The notes: generated by a model not told the origin, from the letters alone. Shown: positions 30,493-40,271, counted from the first letter of the whole stretch. The stretch: 63,957 nt of DNA, filler included, from Actinomycetota bacterium (GCA_009886115.1; 5 parts of 5 records of this genome joined end to end with filler, not necessarily neighbours in it), one strand, 5' to 3'. Numbers and translations are program-made.

Positions 30493-31220
30493 GGGGCCTC
30501 GGGCTTCTGGGCGTAGATCACCAGGCTCTTGCCCATGATCGGGGTGAGCACACGATCGGCCCAGCGCGTCGAGCGAGGAGCCTCGACGATGTCGCGCACC
30601 AGCATCCGGTGATACCACCGCAGCAAACGGGAACCCTCGTGCTCGGGGTTCTTGCGCACCCCGTCGATGCAGCGCAGCCACCAGTAGGCCGAGTGCAGGC
30701 CGTGAGCGTGATGGTGCCCGACGAGGGTGAGACCGGCCTCGCGCAGCTTGGTCTCGATGTTGGCGCGACGGTAGATGCGGATGTGACCGCCCGGGGTGTC
30801 GTAGTAGTCGTTCGAGAGCGTCCAGCAGACGAGCTCGGGGTACCAGCGAGGCACCGTGACACCGATCGTGCCGCCCGGCGCCAACACCCGGGTCAGCTCG
30901 GCCAACGCGCCACGGTCGTCGGCGACGTGCTCGAGCACCTCCGAGACCACGACCCGGTCGAAGGCCCCGTCGGGGAACGGGACGTGGAGCGCATCGGCCA
31001 TCGCCACGAGCCAGTCGGCGCCCGGATCGAGCCCGCCCTCGTCAGCCATCGCCGTGAGGATCGCCGCGGCCTCCTTCAACCCTCCGCCGTCGCGGTCGAG
31101 CGCCACGACCCGGGCGCCGCGGCGGTACATCTCGAACGCGTGCCGGCCCGCGCCACAGCCCACATCGAGCGCCCGGTCTCCGGGGCTGAGCCCGAGCACG
31201 TCGAAGTCGACCGTCAGCAC
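30489..31220 (-). CDS. Class I SAM methyltransferase (putative mannose 3-O-methyltransferase)
   Basis: LTVDFD, LDVGCGAGRH, SEVLEH, GGHIRIY. Confidence 0.85.
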   Translation of the reverse strand: MLTVDFDVLGLSPGDRALDVGCGAGRHAFEMYRRGARVVALDRDGGGLKEAAAILTAMADEGGLDPGADWLVAMADALHVPFPDGAFDRVVVSEVLEHVADDRGALAELTRVLAPGGTIGVTVPRWYPELVCWTLSNDYYDTPGGHIRIYRRANIETKLREAGLTLVGHHHAHGLHSAYWWLRCIDGVRKNPEHEGSRLLRWYHRMLVRDIVEAPRSTRWADRVLTPIMGKSLVIYAQKPEAP

Positions 31221-31222
31221 GA

Positions 31223-32533
31223 CTACCAGCGACCGGTGAGGATCTCGTCGTAGAGCGCGGCCGTCCCTACCGCGGTGGCCCGCCAGGTGAACCGATCGAG
31301 CACGCGAGCCTTTCCGGCGGCGCCGATGCGCGAGCGGAGCTCGGCGTCGCCCAGGGCCCGCAGGATCATCTGGGCCAAGGCGTCGGGATCACCGGGCGGC
31401 ACGAGCAGGCAGGTCTCGCCGCTGGTGCCGGCCACTTCGGGTAGCGCGCCCCCCGTGGTCGCAACGAGCGGCACCCCACAGGCCATGGCCTCCACAGCCG
31501 GGAGCGAGAAACCCTCGTACAGCGACGGCACCACGGCCACCTCGGCCTCAGCGTAGAGATGGCGCAGCCGGGCGTCGTCGATGCCCTTTTCGAAGCGCAC
31601 AGCCGACTGCAACCCGAGGCGCTCGATGGTGGCGCTCACCCGAGCTCGGGGCGATCCGATCACCTGCAGGTGGGCGTCGGGGCGTTCGGCACGGACCTTG
31701 GCCAACGCCTCGAGCAGCGGCACGAGCCCCTTGAGTGGGATGTCGCTCGATGTGGTGACCATCAAACGCCCCGGCACCCGCTCGACCCCGGGCTCGGGAT
31801 GGAAGATCTCGGTGTCGACACCCACGGCCACCACGCGGAGGTTCTCGGATCGGGCGTCGAGATCGCGCACGATGTCGCGGCGCGACGACTCGGAGACCGT
31901 CACCATGTGCGGCAGCTTGCGCACCACCCTGATCTGCGGTCCCAGGAAGCCGTACCAACGCTTTTGGACCATCCGCTTCCACCGGGTGGTGGCCGCGGCC
32001 ATGTCGAGGTCGCGGTCCTTGGTGATGGGATGGTGGACGGTCGCCAGCACCGTGTGGCCGTCGGCGATCATCCCGAGCACGCCGGGGCCGAGGCACTGGT
32101 TGTCGTGCACGATGTCGAAGTCGCCGACCCGGTCCTTGAGCAGCCGTCTGGCCCGCCAGCTCCAGGTGATCGGCTCGGGGAACATGCCGGTCGAGAACAT
32201 CGCCACCTCGGCGAGGTCGTAGCGGCTCTTGTACTCCCAGATGGCCGGGAGCCGGAAGGGATGCGGCTCGGCATAGAGGTCGAGACCCGGAACCTTGACC
32301 AGCTCGACGCCGTCGTCGAGGTGGGGATACGGCTCGCCCGAGAACACGGTGACCTTGTGGCCCATGGCCGTGAGCTCGCGCGCCATGTAGCGGGTGTACA
32401 CGCCTTGACCACCCGAGAGCGGGTTGCCCCGGTACGTCAGCCAGGCGATTCGCAGCGGCCGGTCGGAGGAGCTGGGCGGTTCGGGATCGGCGTGGAGGCG
32501 CGCGGCAACGGGGGTGGGGTCAGCGGAAGGCAT
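31223..32533 (-). CDS. GT4 glycosyltransferase, ManT-like
   Basis: GGQGVY, HDNQ, PSLYEGFSLPAVEAMACG (EX7E). Confidence 0.88.
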   Translation of the reverse strand: MPSADPTPVAARLHADPEPPSSSDRPLRIAWLTYRGNPLSGGQGVYTRYMARELTAMGHKVTVFSGEPYPHLDDGVELVKVPGLDLYAEPHPFRLPAIWEYKSRYDLAEVAMFSTGMFPEPITWSWRARRLLKDRVGDFDIVHDNQCLGPGVLGMIADGHTVLATVHHPITKDRDLDMAAATTRWKRMVQKRWYGFLGPQIRVVRKLPHMVTVSESSRRDIVRDLDARSENLRVVAVGVDTEIFHPEPGVERVPGRLMVTTSSDIPLKGLVPLLEALAKVRAERPDAHLQVIGSPRARVSATIERLGLQSAVRFEKGIDDARLRHLYAEAEVAVVPSLYEGFSLPAVEAMACGVPLVATTGGALPEVAGTSGETCLLVPPGDPDALAQMILRALGDAELRSRIGAAGKARVLDRFTWRATAVGTAALYDEILTGRW

Positions 32534-32605
32534 GGAACTGCCGAGGGTACGGCGCCGACCCCCTCCTTCACCACTCGATCTTCGGATTCGAGGGCTCGAG
32601 AGGGC

Positions 32606-33232
32606 TCAGACGCCGGTCACGTTGCCCGGGTTCAGCACACCGGACTCACAGGGGCCTTCCGGCTCCGGAGACCCGTCCGAGTCGACGTACTCGTCGATGA
32701 AGGCGGCCAACGCCGGATCGGTCGGCCCGGTCACGGCGAGCTGCACGCCCCAGGCACTGGCCACGACCGGAGCGCTCAACCCGGCCGCGGGCGAGACGAC
32801 GACCTTCTCCTCGCCCGCTATGGCCTCGAGCGCGGTGAGATCCGCAGGGGCCAGAGCGGGGTCGTAGGCCAGCCACACGACGCCGTGCTCGAGGCTGTGG
32901 ACGGTGGCCTCGTTGGGCACGGGGCTGGTGTAGAAGCCGCAGTCGGCCCAGCCGGGCGGCGCCCAGTGCCGTCCCCATGCGGGAGGATTCCCATGGGTCT
33001 CGACCGGGTACTCGACCGTCTCGCCGATCTCGACGTGATCGCGGTCGTCGACCTCGAAGACCACGACACCGGCGAGGGGGCCGGAACCGACGGTCGTCGG
33101 GGTCGTCGGGCCGCCGGCGTCGTCATCGTCGTCGCCCCCGCACGCCGCCATCGTGGCGAGGAGAGCGACGGCGATGACGAGCACACAGGTGCGGGAGCGG
33201 GCGAAGCGGCTCAGTATCCGAGATCGGGGCAT
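32606..33232 (-). CDS. DUF3105-like lipoprotein
   Basis: Lipobox MAAC; PPAWGRH, VHSLEHGVVWLAY, SAWG. Confidence 0.75.
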   Translation of the reverse strand: MPRSRILSRFARSRTCVLVIAVALLATMAACGGDDDDDAGGPTTPTTVGSGPLAGVVVFEVDDRDHVEIGETVEYPVETHGNPPAWGRHWAPPGWADCGFYTSPVPNEATVHSLEHGVVWLAYDPALAPADLTALEAIAGEEKVVVSPAAGLSAPVVASAWGVQLAVTGPTDPALAAFIDEYVDSDGSPEPEGPCESGVLNPGNVTGV

Positions 33233-33270
33233 GGCCGGGGATGCTATTCGCCCCGTCCGCCCACCCGGCC

Positions 33271-33726
33271 TCACTCCTGCTCGAGGTCCTCGTAGCTGCC
33301 GTGGACAGGGGAACCGTGGTGGTTCACCATCAGCCAGCGACCGTCCTCACGCACGAAGACGTTCGTTGCTGCCACGGTCGAACCGGAGCTGGGCTCGACG
33401 GCCTCACCGTCGGCATCGCCCCGGTAGGCCTGGAGGATGCTCTCGTCGACGGTCACCCATCCGACGTCGCCCGTCACGTGGATCCGCTCGTTGGTGAGGA
33501 AGAACTGGATGTACGGCGTGCCTCGGAAGATCGCCTCCAGGGACGCCGCCACCTTGGCCCACCCGTGCAGGGTCGGCCATCCGGGGTGGGTGATGCTCGC
33601 CCGCTCCGATCGGTCCCAGACCTCCGCCATCACATCGAGATCGCGCGTCTCGAAGGCGCTGTAGAACGCCTGGTTGGCTGTGGCGACGGCGGCGATGTCG
33701 GACGGGGGCGGAGGCGTGGAAGGCAC
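33271..33726 (-). CDS. NTF2/SnoaL-like protein
   Basis: ANQAFYSAFE..D...HPGW, ATNVF, WLMVNHHGS. Confidence 0.8.
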   Translation of the reverse strand: MPSTPPPPSDIAAVATANQAFYSAFETRDLDVMAEVWDRSERASITHPGWPTLHGWAKVAASLEAIFRGTPYIQFFLTNERIHVTGDVGWVTVDESILQAYRGDADGEAVEPSSGSTVAATNVFVREDGRWLMVNHHGSPVHGSYEDLEQE

Positions 33727-33804
33727 CCCTGCATCGTGGCATACGCTCCGGGGGTCCCAGACGTTCGAAGAGCACCGGCGCGCGATTCCGAGGAGGTGCC
33801 CGTG

Positions 33805-35022
33805 ATGGCCGACGACCTGATCTTCGTGTCGCGCATCACGCGGCTCGCCCTCATCGATCTCGACGACACGCCCCTCGGCCGCATCGAGGACGTCATCGTG
33901 CTGCCACACCACGACGACGAGGCCCCCTGGGTCGTCGGCTTCGTGGCCCGGGTGCAGCGTCGGCGGATCTTCGTGAACGCCAACCGGATCGCCAGCCTCG
34001 ACTCCCGGGGTGTGCAGCTACGGAGCGCGTCGGTGAACCTGCGACGGTTCGAGCAGCGTCCTGGGGAGATCCTCACCTCCGGTCTCCTCACCGGCCGACG
34101 CGTCGGCGATCTGCTGCTGCGCGACATCGGGCTCCGTCGGGTCTCGGGGGTCTACCCCGGCTGGGAGGTCGCGGAGCTCATCGTCGGCGGCGGCGGGCCC
34201 ATCCCGCTTCGGCGCCGCCCCGTCAAGACGCTGTCGTGGACCGCCGCCCCCGACCTGTTCGACATCGGCCAGACCGCCCGCGAGGCTGCGGCGCTCACCG
34301 ACCTGCACCCGTCGGAGGGCGCCAAGCGACTCCGGGCGCTGCCCAAGCACCGCCGCCAGGAGCTGGTGCGAGCCATGGAGGAGGAAGATCTCGCCCACCT
34401 TCTCGAGGAGCTGCCCGAGCCCGAGCAGGTGCAACTCCTTGCGGCCCTCGATCTGGCCCAGGCGGTCGGCGTGCTCGAGGCCATGGCTCCCGACGACGCG
34501 GCCGACCTGCTCGCCGAGCTCCCGAGCGACGAGCGCACGGAGCTGCTCGAGGCGATGGACGACGACGATGCCGAGTCGCTGCAACGGTTGCTGGCCCACG
34601 GCCAACACACCGCCGGCGGGTTGATGAACCCCGAGCCGGTGATCGTGGTCGCCAGCGCTCCCGTGGCCGAGGCCCTGGCCAAGCTCCGCGATCGCGATCT
34701 GGCCGCGCCACTCGCGACCCAGGTGTTCGTGGTCGAGCCCCCCATCGAGACACCGACAGGACGGTTCTTGGGTTTCGTCGGATTCCAGCGGTTGCTGCGC
34801 GAACCCCCGTCGCTGACCGTGGGCCAGTGCCTCGAGGACGACGACGACGCGATCTCGGTGGCACCGGAGATGCCCGAGACCGCCGTTGCTGAGCGGCTCG
34901 CCGAGTACAACCTGCTCGCCGTGCCGGTCTGCGACGAGCGTGGACGGTTGCTCGGCGCGGTGACCGTCGACGACGTGCTCGACCGCACGCTGCCCGTCGG
35001 ATGGCGGAGCCGGCGGCGATGA
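33805..35022 (+). CDS. MgtE intracellular/CBS-domain protein with N-terminal PRC-like barrel
   Basis: MAPDDAADLL, TAGGLM, YNLLAVPV, GAVTVDDVLD; GAGGAGG RBS. Confidence 0.88.
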   Translation: MADDLIFVSRITRLALIDLDDTPLGRIEDVIVLPHHDDEAPWVVGFVARVQRRRIFVNANRIASLDSRGVQLRSASVNLRRFEQRPGEILTSGLLTGRRVGDLLLRDIGLRRVSGVYPGWEVAELIVGGGGPIPLRRRPVKTLSWTAAPDLFDIGQTAREAAALTDLHPSEGAKRLRALPKHRRQELVRAMEEEDLAHLLEELPEPEQVQLLAALDLAQAVGVLEAMAPDDAADLLAELPSDERTELLEAMDDDDAESLQRLLAHGQHTAGGLMNPEPVIVVASAPVAEALAKLRDRDLAAPLATQVFVVEPPIETPTGRFLGFVGFQRLLREPPSLTVGQCLEDDDDAISVAPEMPETAVAERLAEYNLLAVPVCDERGRLLGAVTVDDVLDRTLPVGWRSRRR

Positions 35023-35666
35023 GCGCGCGCCGTCGCGACACTCGGCGCGACCGGCTCTCGAAGCCGCTGCTACGCCGGGGCCTCGGGGTCCACTACGACC
35101 CCGAGGCGTTCGGCAAGTTCTCCGAAGGCATCGCCCGACTGTTGGGAACGGGGCGCTACCTCGCCGCGCAGACCGTCCTCGTGATCGTCTGGATCGGGTT
35201 CAACATCGCCGCTGTCGCCTTGCGTTTCGACAAGTACCCCTTCATCTTGTTGAACCTGGCGTTCTCGACGCAGGCGGCCTACGCCGCTCCCTTGATCCTG
35301 TTGGCCCAGAACCGCCAGGCCGAGCGCGACAAGATCCAGCTCGAGAACGACCGCGCGGTCAACACCCGAACCCAGGCCGACACGGAGTACCTGGCCCGCG
35401 AGATGGCGTCGATCCGGATTCAGCTCTCCGACGTGGTGACCACCGAGGACCTCGCCGACGCCATCGACCGGGTCACCCACGCCATCGAACGGCTCGAGCT
35501 GCGCTTGTCTGCCCTGGTCCCGCTCGGCGTGTCAGGTGCGCCTGGTGCGCTTGGCGCGCTTGGCGCGCTTGCTGGGTCTGGCCCGACGGGTGTGTCTGGC
35601 CCGGCACGCCCGTCCGGTACGCCTGGTACGTCCGGTACGTCCGGGGACGGCTCAGCCGGCCCGTAG
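35019..35666 (+). CDS. DUF1003 membrane protein
   Basis: FDKYPFILLNLAFSTQAAYAAPLILLAQNRQ; ATGA-coupled; low-complexity tail. Confidence 0.88.
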   Translation: MSARRRDTRRDRLSKPLLRRGLGVHYDPEAFGKFSEGIARLLGTGRYLAAQTVLVIVWIGFNIAAVALRFDKYPFILLNLAFSTQAAYAAPLILLAQNRQAERDKIQLENDRAVNTRTQADTEYLAREMASIRIQLSDVVTTEDLADAIDRVTHAIERLELRLSALVPLGVSGAPGALGALGALAGSGPTGVSGPARPSGTPGTSGTSGDGSAGP

Positions 35667-36656
35667 CTCGGCGATCACCCGCGCCGCGGTGTCGGGATCG
35701 CGCTGCGAGAGGAAGATCGTCGTCCGGTCGACGATGCCGCCGTGACGCTCGATGATCGTGCGGGCCAGACGCTCGGGCGCGGCCCGTACGGCGAACGTGT
35801 CGAGGATCTCGTCGTCGATGAGCGAACCCATGTCGTCCCAACGACCCTGCTTCGACAGCCCGTTGAGCTCGTCGGCGATGGCGCCCCATCCGTGGATCTC
35901 GAGCACGGGGCGGTAGGCGGGCGTCGAGCCGTAGAACGCGATCTGCTTGCGGGTTGCGTCGGCGTTGCGCTCCATCTCGGCATCGTCGGCGCCGGTGACG
36001 ACAAAGCCCGGGAGCACGACCTCCACGTCGGCCCGGGTGCGTCCGGCCCGGGCCAGGCCCCGGTCGAGTGCCGGGAGCGTGACCTCCCGCAGGTACCGCT
36101 CGTTGGTGAACGCATGGAGCAGCAGCCCGTCGGCCACCTCGCCGGCCACCTCGGTCATCAGCTCGCCCACCGCCGCGAGCCAGACCCGCGGCGGACCGGC
36201 AGCAGAGCGCTCGGGCATGAACATGGGCGTCATCAACGTGTGGGTGTAGTACTCGCCCCGGAACTCGAGCTTGGCGCCGTCGTTCCACGTGGCCCAGATG
36301 GCTCGCATGGCGAGGATGAGCTCGCGCATGCGAGCTGCTGGGTGCGACCACGGCATCGAGAAGCGCTTGGTGATGTGCGGCTTGATCTGCGAGCCGAGCC
36401 CCAACACCATGCGGCCGCCCGAGAATCGCTGGAGATCGTGCGCTGTCTGCGCCAGGGTCATGGGGTTGCGGGCGAACGCCACGGCGATCGATGTGATGAG
36501 ATCGACCCGCGTGCTGTGTTCGGCCGCGACGGCCAAGGGGAGGAACGGGTCTGCGTTGACCTCCGCTGTGATGACCCCGTCGTAGCCGAGGGCCTCGAGC
36601 TCGCGCACCCGCTTCGCTGCCCCCGCCAGGTCCCCCACCGCCGCGTCGATCTTCAT
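35652..36656 (-). CDS. LLM-class, probably F420-dependent oxidoreductase
   Basis: DPFLPL, IAVAFARNP, LGLGSQIKPHI, QIAFYGSTPAY. Confidence 0.88.
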   Translation of the reverse strand: MKIDAAVGDLAGAAKRVRELEALGYDGVITAEVNADPFLPLAVAAEHSTRVDLITSIAVAFARNPMTLAQTAHDLQRFSGGRMVLGLGSQIKPHITKRFSMPWSHPAARMRELILAMRAIWATWNDGAKLEFRGEYYTHTLMTPMFMPERSAAGPPRVWLAAVGELMTEVAGEVADGLLLHAFTNERYLREVTLPALDRGLARAGRTRADVEVVLPGFVVTGADDAEMERNADATRKQIAFYGSTPAYRPVLEIHGWGAIADELNGLSKQGRWDDMGSLIDDEILDTFAVRAAPERLARTIIERHGGIVDRTTIFLSQRDPDTAARVIAELRAG

Positions 36657-36728
36657 GGCCGTGCACCCTACGACCCCTCGGGTGGCGCGGCCATGGGGCG
36701 ACGGGCCGATGGGGGCTAGCGTGCAGCC

Positions 36729-37178
36729 ATGCGTACTGGTGAGCTCGTCGACGATTTCGAGGCGACCGACCAGCATGGAGCGTCGGTACGACTCTCCGAG
36801 CTGGTGGCCGAAGGCCCGATCGTCTTGTTCTTCTACCCCAAGGCCATGACCCCCGGCTGAACTCGCGAGAGCTGTCATTTCCGCGACCTGGCCGCCGAGT
36901 TCTCGGAGCTCGGAGCCCGGCCCGTGGGAATCAGCGCCGATCCGGTGGATCGGCAACGCGAGTTCGACGCCAAGAACGACCTGGCCTTCCCGTTGTTGTC
37001 CGATCCCAGCCGGACGGTCGCCGCGCAGTTCGGCGTGAAACGGTTCGGGAAGCTGCCGAGCAAGCGAGCCACGTTCGTGATCGATCGTGATCGCCGCCTG
37101 CTGGCCGCCATCACCAGCGAGACCAGCATGAACAAGCACGCCGACGACGCCCTGGAGGCTCTGCGCAGCGCGCAGTGA
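36729..37178 (+). CDS. bcp: Bcp/PrxQ peroxiredoxin with in-frame TGA (codon 44) at the peroxidatic position; candidate selenoprotein
   Basis: ATG36729 MRTGELVDDFEATDQHG...VLFFYPKAMTPG-TGA(36858-36860)-TRESCHFRD...GISAD...FPLLSD...RATFVID...LRSAQ stop. Frame otherwise intact, 149 aa. Confidence 0.85.
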
Positions 37179-37201
37179 CCCCACCCCATCGCATCGCAGC
37201 G

Positions 37202-37248
37202 TTCTTTGTGTCCACGGCGGCGTCTGCGCTCACCGTGGACGCAAAGAA
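37202..37248. repeat. 47-bp palindromic element, divergent family B member
   Basis: TTCTTTGTGTCCACGG...CCGTGGACGCAAAGAA; same length and similar ends to 56546 and 16491. Confidence 0.65.
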
Positions 37249-37302
37249 GCGGGGAGCGTCCCGTAACGCACCGGTGTCGTAGGGCACTGGTATGGTCCGC
37301 GG

Positions 37303-38223
37303 GTGCCTCTTCCGTTGCCCGTGAGCCTCTCGCCCAGCAAGGTCTCGGCGTTCCAGGACTGCCCGATGGCCTTCCGGTTCTCGGCGATCGACCGCATCCC
37401 CCAGCCGCCCACCCAGGCCACCACCAAGGGCACGCTGGTGCACCGCGCGCTCGAGTTGCTGATGTTGCGCTCGGCGCCGGAGCGCACCCCCGAGCACGCC
37501 GCCGCCGACCTCGCCACCGCCCGGCGGGAGATCTCGACCCATTCCGACTTCATGCTGCTCGGCCTCGACGAAGCGCAGGAGGCCACCTTCTTCGCCAGCG
37601 CCGAGGTCCTGCTCGATCGCTACTTCAGCCTCGAAGACCCCACGACCGTCCGCCCCATCGGGCTCGAGGTCATGGTCTCGACGGCACTGCCCACCGTCGA
37701 CGGCAGCGTCGCCCTCGGCGCGGGCGACACCCCGGTGGTGCTGCGAGGCATCATCGACCGCCTCGAGCTCGACGCCGACGGCGAGCTGATCGTCACCGAC
37801 TACAAGACCGGCGCCGTACCCGGCATGGGTTTCGAGCAGTCGAGGATGGCTGGGGTCAACATCTACGCCATGCTCGTCGAGCGCGTCGTCGGACGGCGGC
37901 CCGTGCGGGTGCAGCTCCTGTATCTCTCCAAGCCCGAGGCCATCATCGCCTACCCCACCGAGCAGAAGGTGCGGGCGGTCGAGAAGCGCACCGCGGCCCT
38001 GTGGAGCGCCGTCGAGCGGGCGTGCGAGCGCGACGACTTCCGCCCCCGCCCCGGCAAGCTCTGCGACTACTGCTCGTACAAGCCCTACTGCCCGGCGTGG
38101 GGTGGGGATCCGGCACAGGCCATCGAGCTCCGCGAGATGCTGAAAGACGGTTCGCGCCAACGGCTCGGCGCCAACCCCGTCCCCCGCACCGGCGACGCGC
38201 CCATCGGCGTCGGCGCGCTCTGA
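37303..38223 (+). CDS. RecB-family PD-(D/E)XK exonuclease with Cys cluster
   Basis: LSPS..F.DCP, GTLVH, GIIDRL, DYKTG, CDYCSYKPYCP; TATGGT 6 nt before the GTG (probably leaderless). Confidence 0.88.
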   Translation: MPLPLPVSLSPSKVSAFQDCPMAFRFSAIDRIPQPPTQATTKGTLVHRALELLMLRSAPERTPEHAAADLATARREISTHSDFMLLGLDEAQEATFFASAEVLLDRYFSLEDPTTVRPIGLEVMVSTALPTVDGSVALGAGDTPVVLRGIIDRLELDADGELIVTDYKTGAVPGMGFEQSRMAGVNIYAMLVERVVGRRPVRVQLLYLSKPEAIIAYPTEQKVRAVEKRTAALWSAVERACERDDFRPRPGKLCDYCSYKPYCPAWGGDPAQAIELREMLKDGSRQRLGANPVPRTGDAPIGVGAL

Positions 38224-38234
38224 GCCAGTCGACC

Positions 38235-38786
38235 GTGCCCGAGGCTCCCCGTCGGTTCGCCGATCGTGTCCAGAACGTCGACGCCTCAGTCGACCGGTGG
38301 GTCGACGCGCACCGCTCCCCCACGCTCGACCGGGTGTTCTTCTCCCTCTCGGCCGCGGCCGACCACAGCATCCTGTGGCACACGATCGGCGCCGTGCGGG
38401 GAGCCTGCCAACCCCGCTTCGCCCGGCGCACCGTCGAGCTCGCCGCGATCCTGGGGGCCGAGTCGTTCCTCACGAACGTCGTGGTGAAGTCGGCGTTCAA
38501 GCGGGTCAGGCCCGACGACCGTCACCCCGGCGAGCCGCTGCCCTACGGTGTGCGCCGCCCCATCACGAGCTCGTTCCCGTCGGGCCACGCCGCAGCAGCC
38601 ATGACCGCAGCCGCCGTGCTCTCGCTCGACGACCGCGGGCGCGCCCCGATCTACTACGGCCTCGGCGCGTTCGTCGCGTCGAGCCGCGTCTATGTGCGGC
38701 TGCACCATGCCTCCGACGTCGCTGGCGGCCTCGTGTGGGGCGTCGTGCTGGGCCGAGCCGCCCGGCGGGTGTTGCGACGTCGCTGA
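38235..38786 (+). CDS. PAP2-family phosphatase
   Basis: KSAFKRVRP, SFPSGH, SRVYVRLHHASDV. Confidence 0.88.
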   Translation: MPEAPRRFADRVQNVDASVDRWVDAHRSPTLDRVFFSLSAAADHSILWHTIGAVRGACQPRFARRTVELAAILGAESFLTNVVVKSAFKRVRPDDRHPGEPLPYGVRRPITSSFPSGHAAAAMTAAAVLSLDDRGRAPIYYGLGAFVASSRVYVRLHHASDVAGGLVWGVVLGRAARRVLRRR

Positions 38787-38869
38787 GACTGCAACGTCCG
38801 TCACCTCGAACCGGTCCGGCTGGACCTCCACGGCGGCCGCGTAGGCTGCGAGCCACACGGGGAGGGGCG

Positions 38870-40255
38870 ATGGGCGAGCGGCTGAACGGGGTGGAGGCGC
38901 TGATGTGGGCGGCCGAGGCCGACCCCATGCTGCGCTCCGACTTCCTGGCCGTCACGATGCTCGACCGGGCGCCCGACCGGGAGCGGATGCTCGATCGTCT
39001 CGCGGTCGTCGCCGACGCCATCCCGAGGTTGGGTCAACGAGTCGTCACGTCGCGTGTCCCGGGACGGTCACCCGAGTGGTGTGACGCCGACGATTTCTCG
39101 GTGGCCGACCACGTGCACGAGGTGTCAGCGCCATCACGAACCAGCCATCGGCGCGAGCTCGACCTCGCCGCCGAGATCGGCGACCGGGCCCTCGACCGCA
39201 CCCGGCCCATGTGGCGTATGACGATCGTGACCGGGCTCCCCCGCGGCCGGGCCATGATGGTGCACCATCTCGACCATGTCGTCGCCGACGGGATGGGCGC
39301 GGTGCACCTGGCGCTGGCGATGCTCGATCTGGAGCGCGATCCGCCCCCGAAGGGCGACCGTCACCGAGGTTCGCGAAGCCTCCGACCGGATCCGCCTCGG
39401 AACACGGCGGCCCCCAAGGGACTCCGCGACCTCATGCGCGACGCCTTCGCCCAGACGATGACCGTGCAACGTAAGGTCGCCGAGCGCAGCCTCGAGGCGA
39501 CCATTGCAGCCCTGCGCGATCCCGATCGGGCGGCCGAGACCGTGCGGTCGGTCCGCTCGCAGCTCCTGGTCCGCGACCCGGCTCGGTCGCCGGTGATGAC
39601 GGCACGGTCGGGCAGCCGCCATCTCGACACGTTCTCGGTGCCGCTCGCCGATGCCAAGGCCTCGGCGGTCAGCCTCGGCGGCACGTTGAACGACTGGTTC
39701 GTCACCGGGCTCAGCGGGGCGTTGGCCCGGTACCACGCCGCGCTCGAGGGCCCGTGCGACGAGTTGCGCATGGCCATGCCGGTCAGCCTGCGAGAGGCTG
39801 GCAACGGAGCCGGAGCCGGGAACCAGTGGGCCAACGCCAGAGTGCTGATACCGCTCACGCCCGCCGATCCCCGGGCCCGGCACGCCGCGATCAAGGAGCG
39901 CCTGGCGGCAGTGCGCAAGGAGCCTGCGCTCGCCCTCACCGAGGATCTCGCCGACCTGGCAGCCCGTGTGCCCGGACCGGTGCTCAGGCGAGCGGCCCGT
40001 CAACAGGTGGCCACCGTCGACTTCGCAGCCTCGAACGTGCCGGGTCCGCCGATGACCGTGTACTTCGCCGGCAGCCGTCTCGACGCCACCTACCCCATGG
40101 GCCCCTTGGGGGGCAGCGCTCTCAACGTGACGCTGGCGTCGTACCGCGACCGGGTCGACCTCGGCATCGTCACCGACACCGCAGCGGTCACCGACCCGGC
40201 CCGCTTGCTCCGCAACCTGCGCTCGTCGTTTCGCGAGCTGCTCGCTCTCGGCTGA
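38870..40255 (+). CDS. Wax ester synthase/diacylglycerol acyltransferase (WS/DGAT)
   Basis: LDRTRPMW, DHVVADG (variant of HHxxxDG), GTLND, SNVPGP, NVTLASY. Confidence 0.85.
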   Translation: MGERLNGVEALMWAAEADPMLRSDFLAVTMLDRAPDRERMLDRLAVVADAIPRLGQRVVTSRVPGRSPEWCDADDFSVADHVHEVSAPSRTSHRRELDLAAEIGDRALDRTRPMWRMTIVTGLPRGRAMMVHHLDHVVADGMGAVHLALAMLDLERDPPPKGDRHRGSRSLRPDPPRNTAAPKGLRDLMRDAFAQTMTVQRKVAERSLEATIAALRDPDRAAETVRSVRSQLLVRDPARSPVMTARSGSRHLDTFSVPLADAKASAVSLGGTLNDWFVTGLSGALARYHAALEGPCDELRMAMPVSLREAGNGAGAGNQWANARVLIPLTPADPRARHAAIKERLAAVRKEPALALTEDLADLAARVPGPVLRRAARQQVATVDFAASNVPGPPMTVYFAGSRLDATYPMGPLGGSALNVTLASYRDRVDLGIVTDTAAVTDPARLLRNLRSSFRELLALG

Positions 40256-40271
40256 GGGGGCCGGCGAAGCC

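Noticed and set aside
37303..38223. Cas4-like nuclease suggesting CRISPR-Cas
   Set aside because: No repeat-spacer array or other cas genes; fits the standalone actinobacterial RecB-family exonuclease.
38870..40255. WS/DGAT inactive because HHxxxDG reads DHVVADG
   Set aside because: The second, catalytic His plus DG are retained; no evidence of inactivation.
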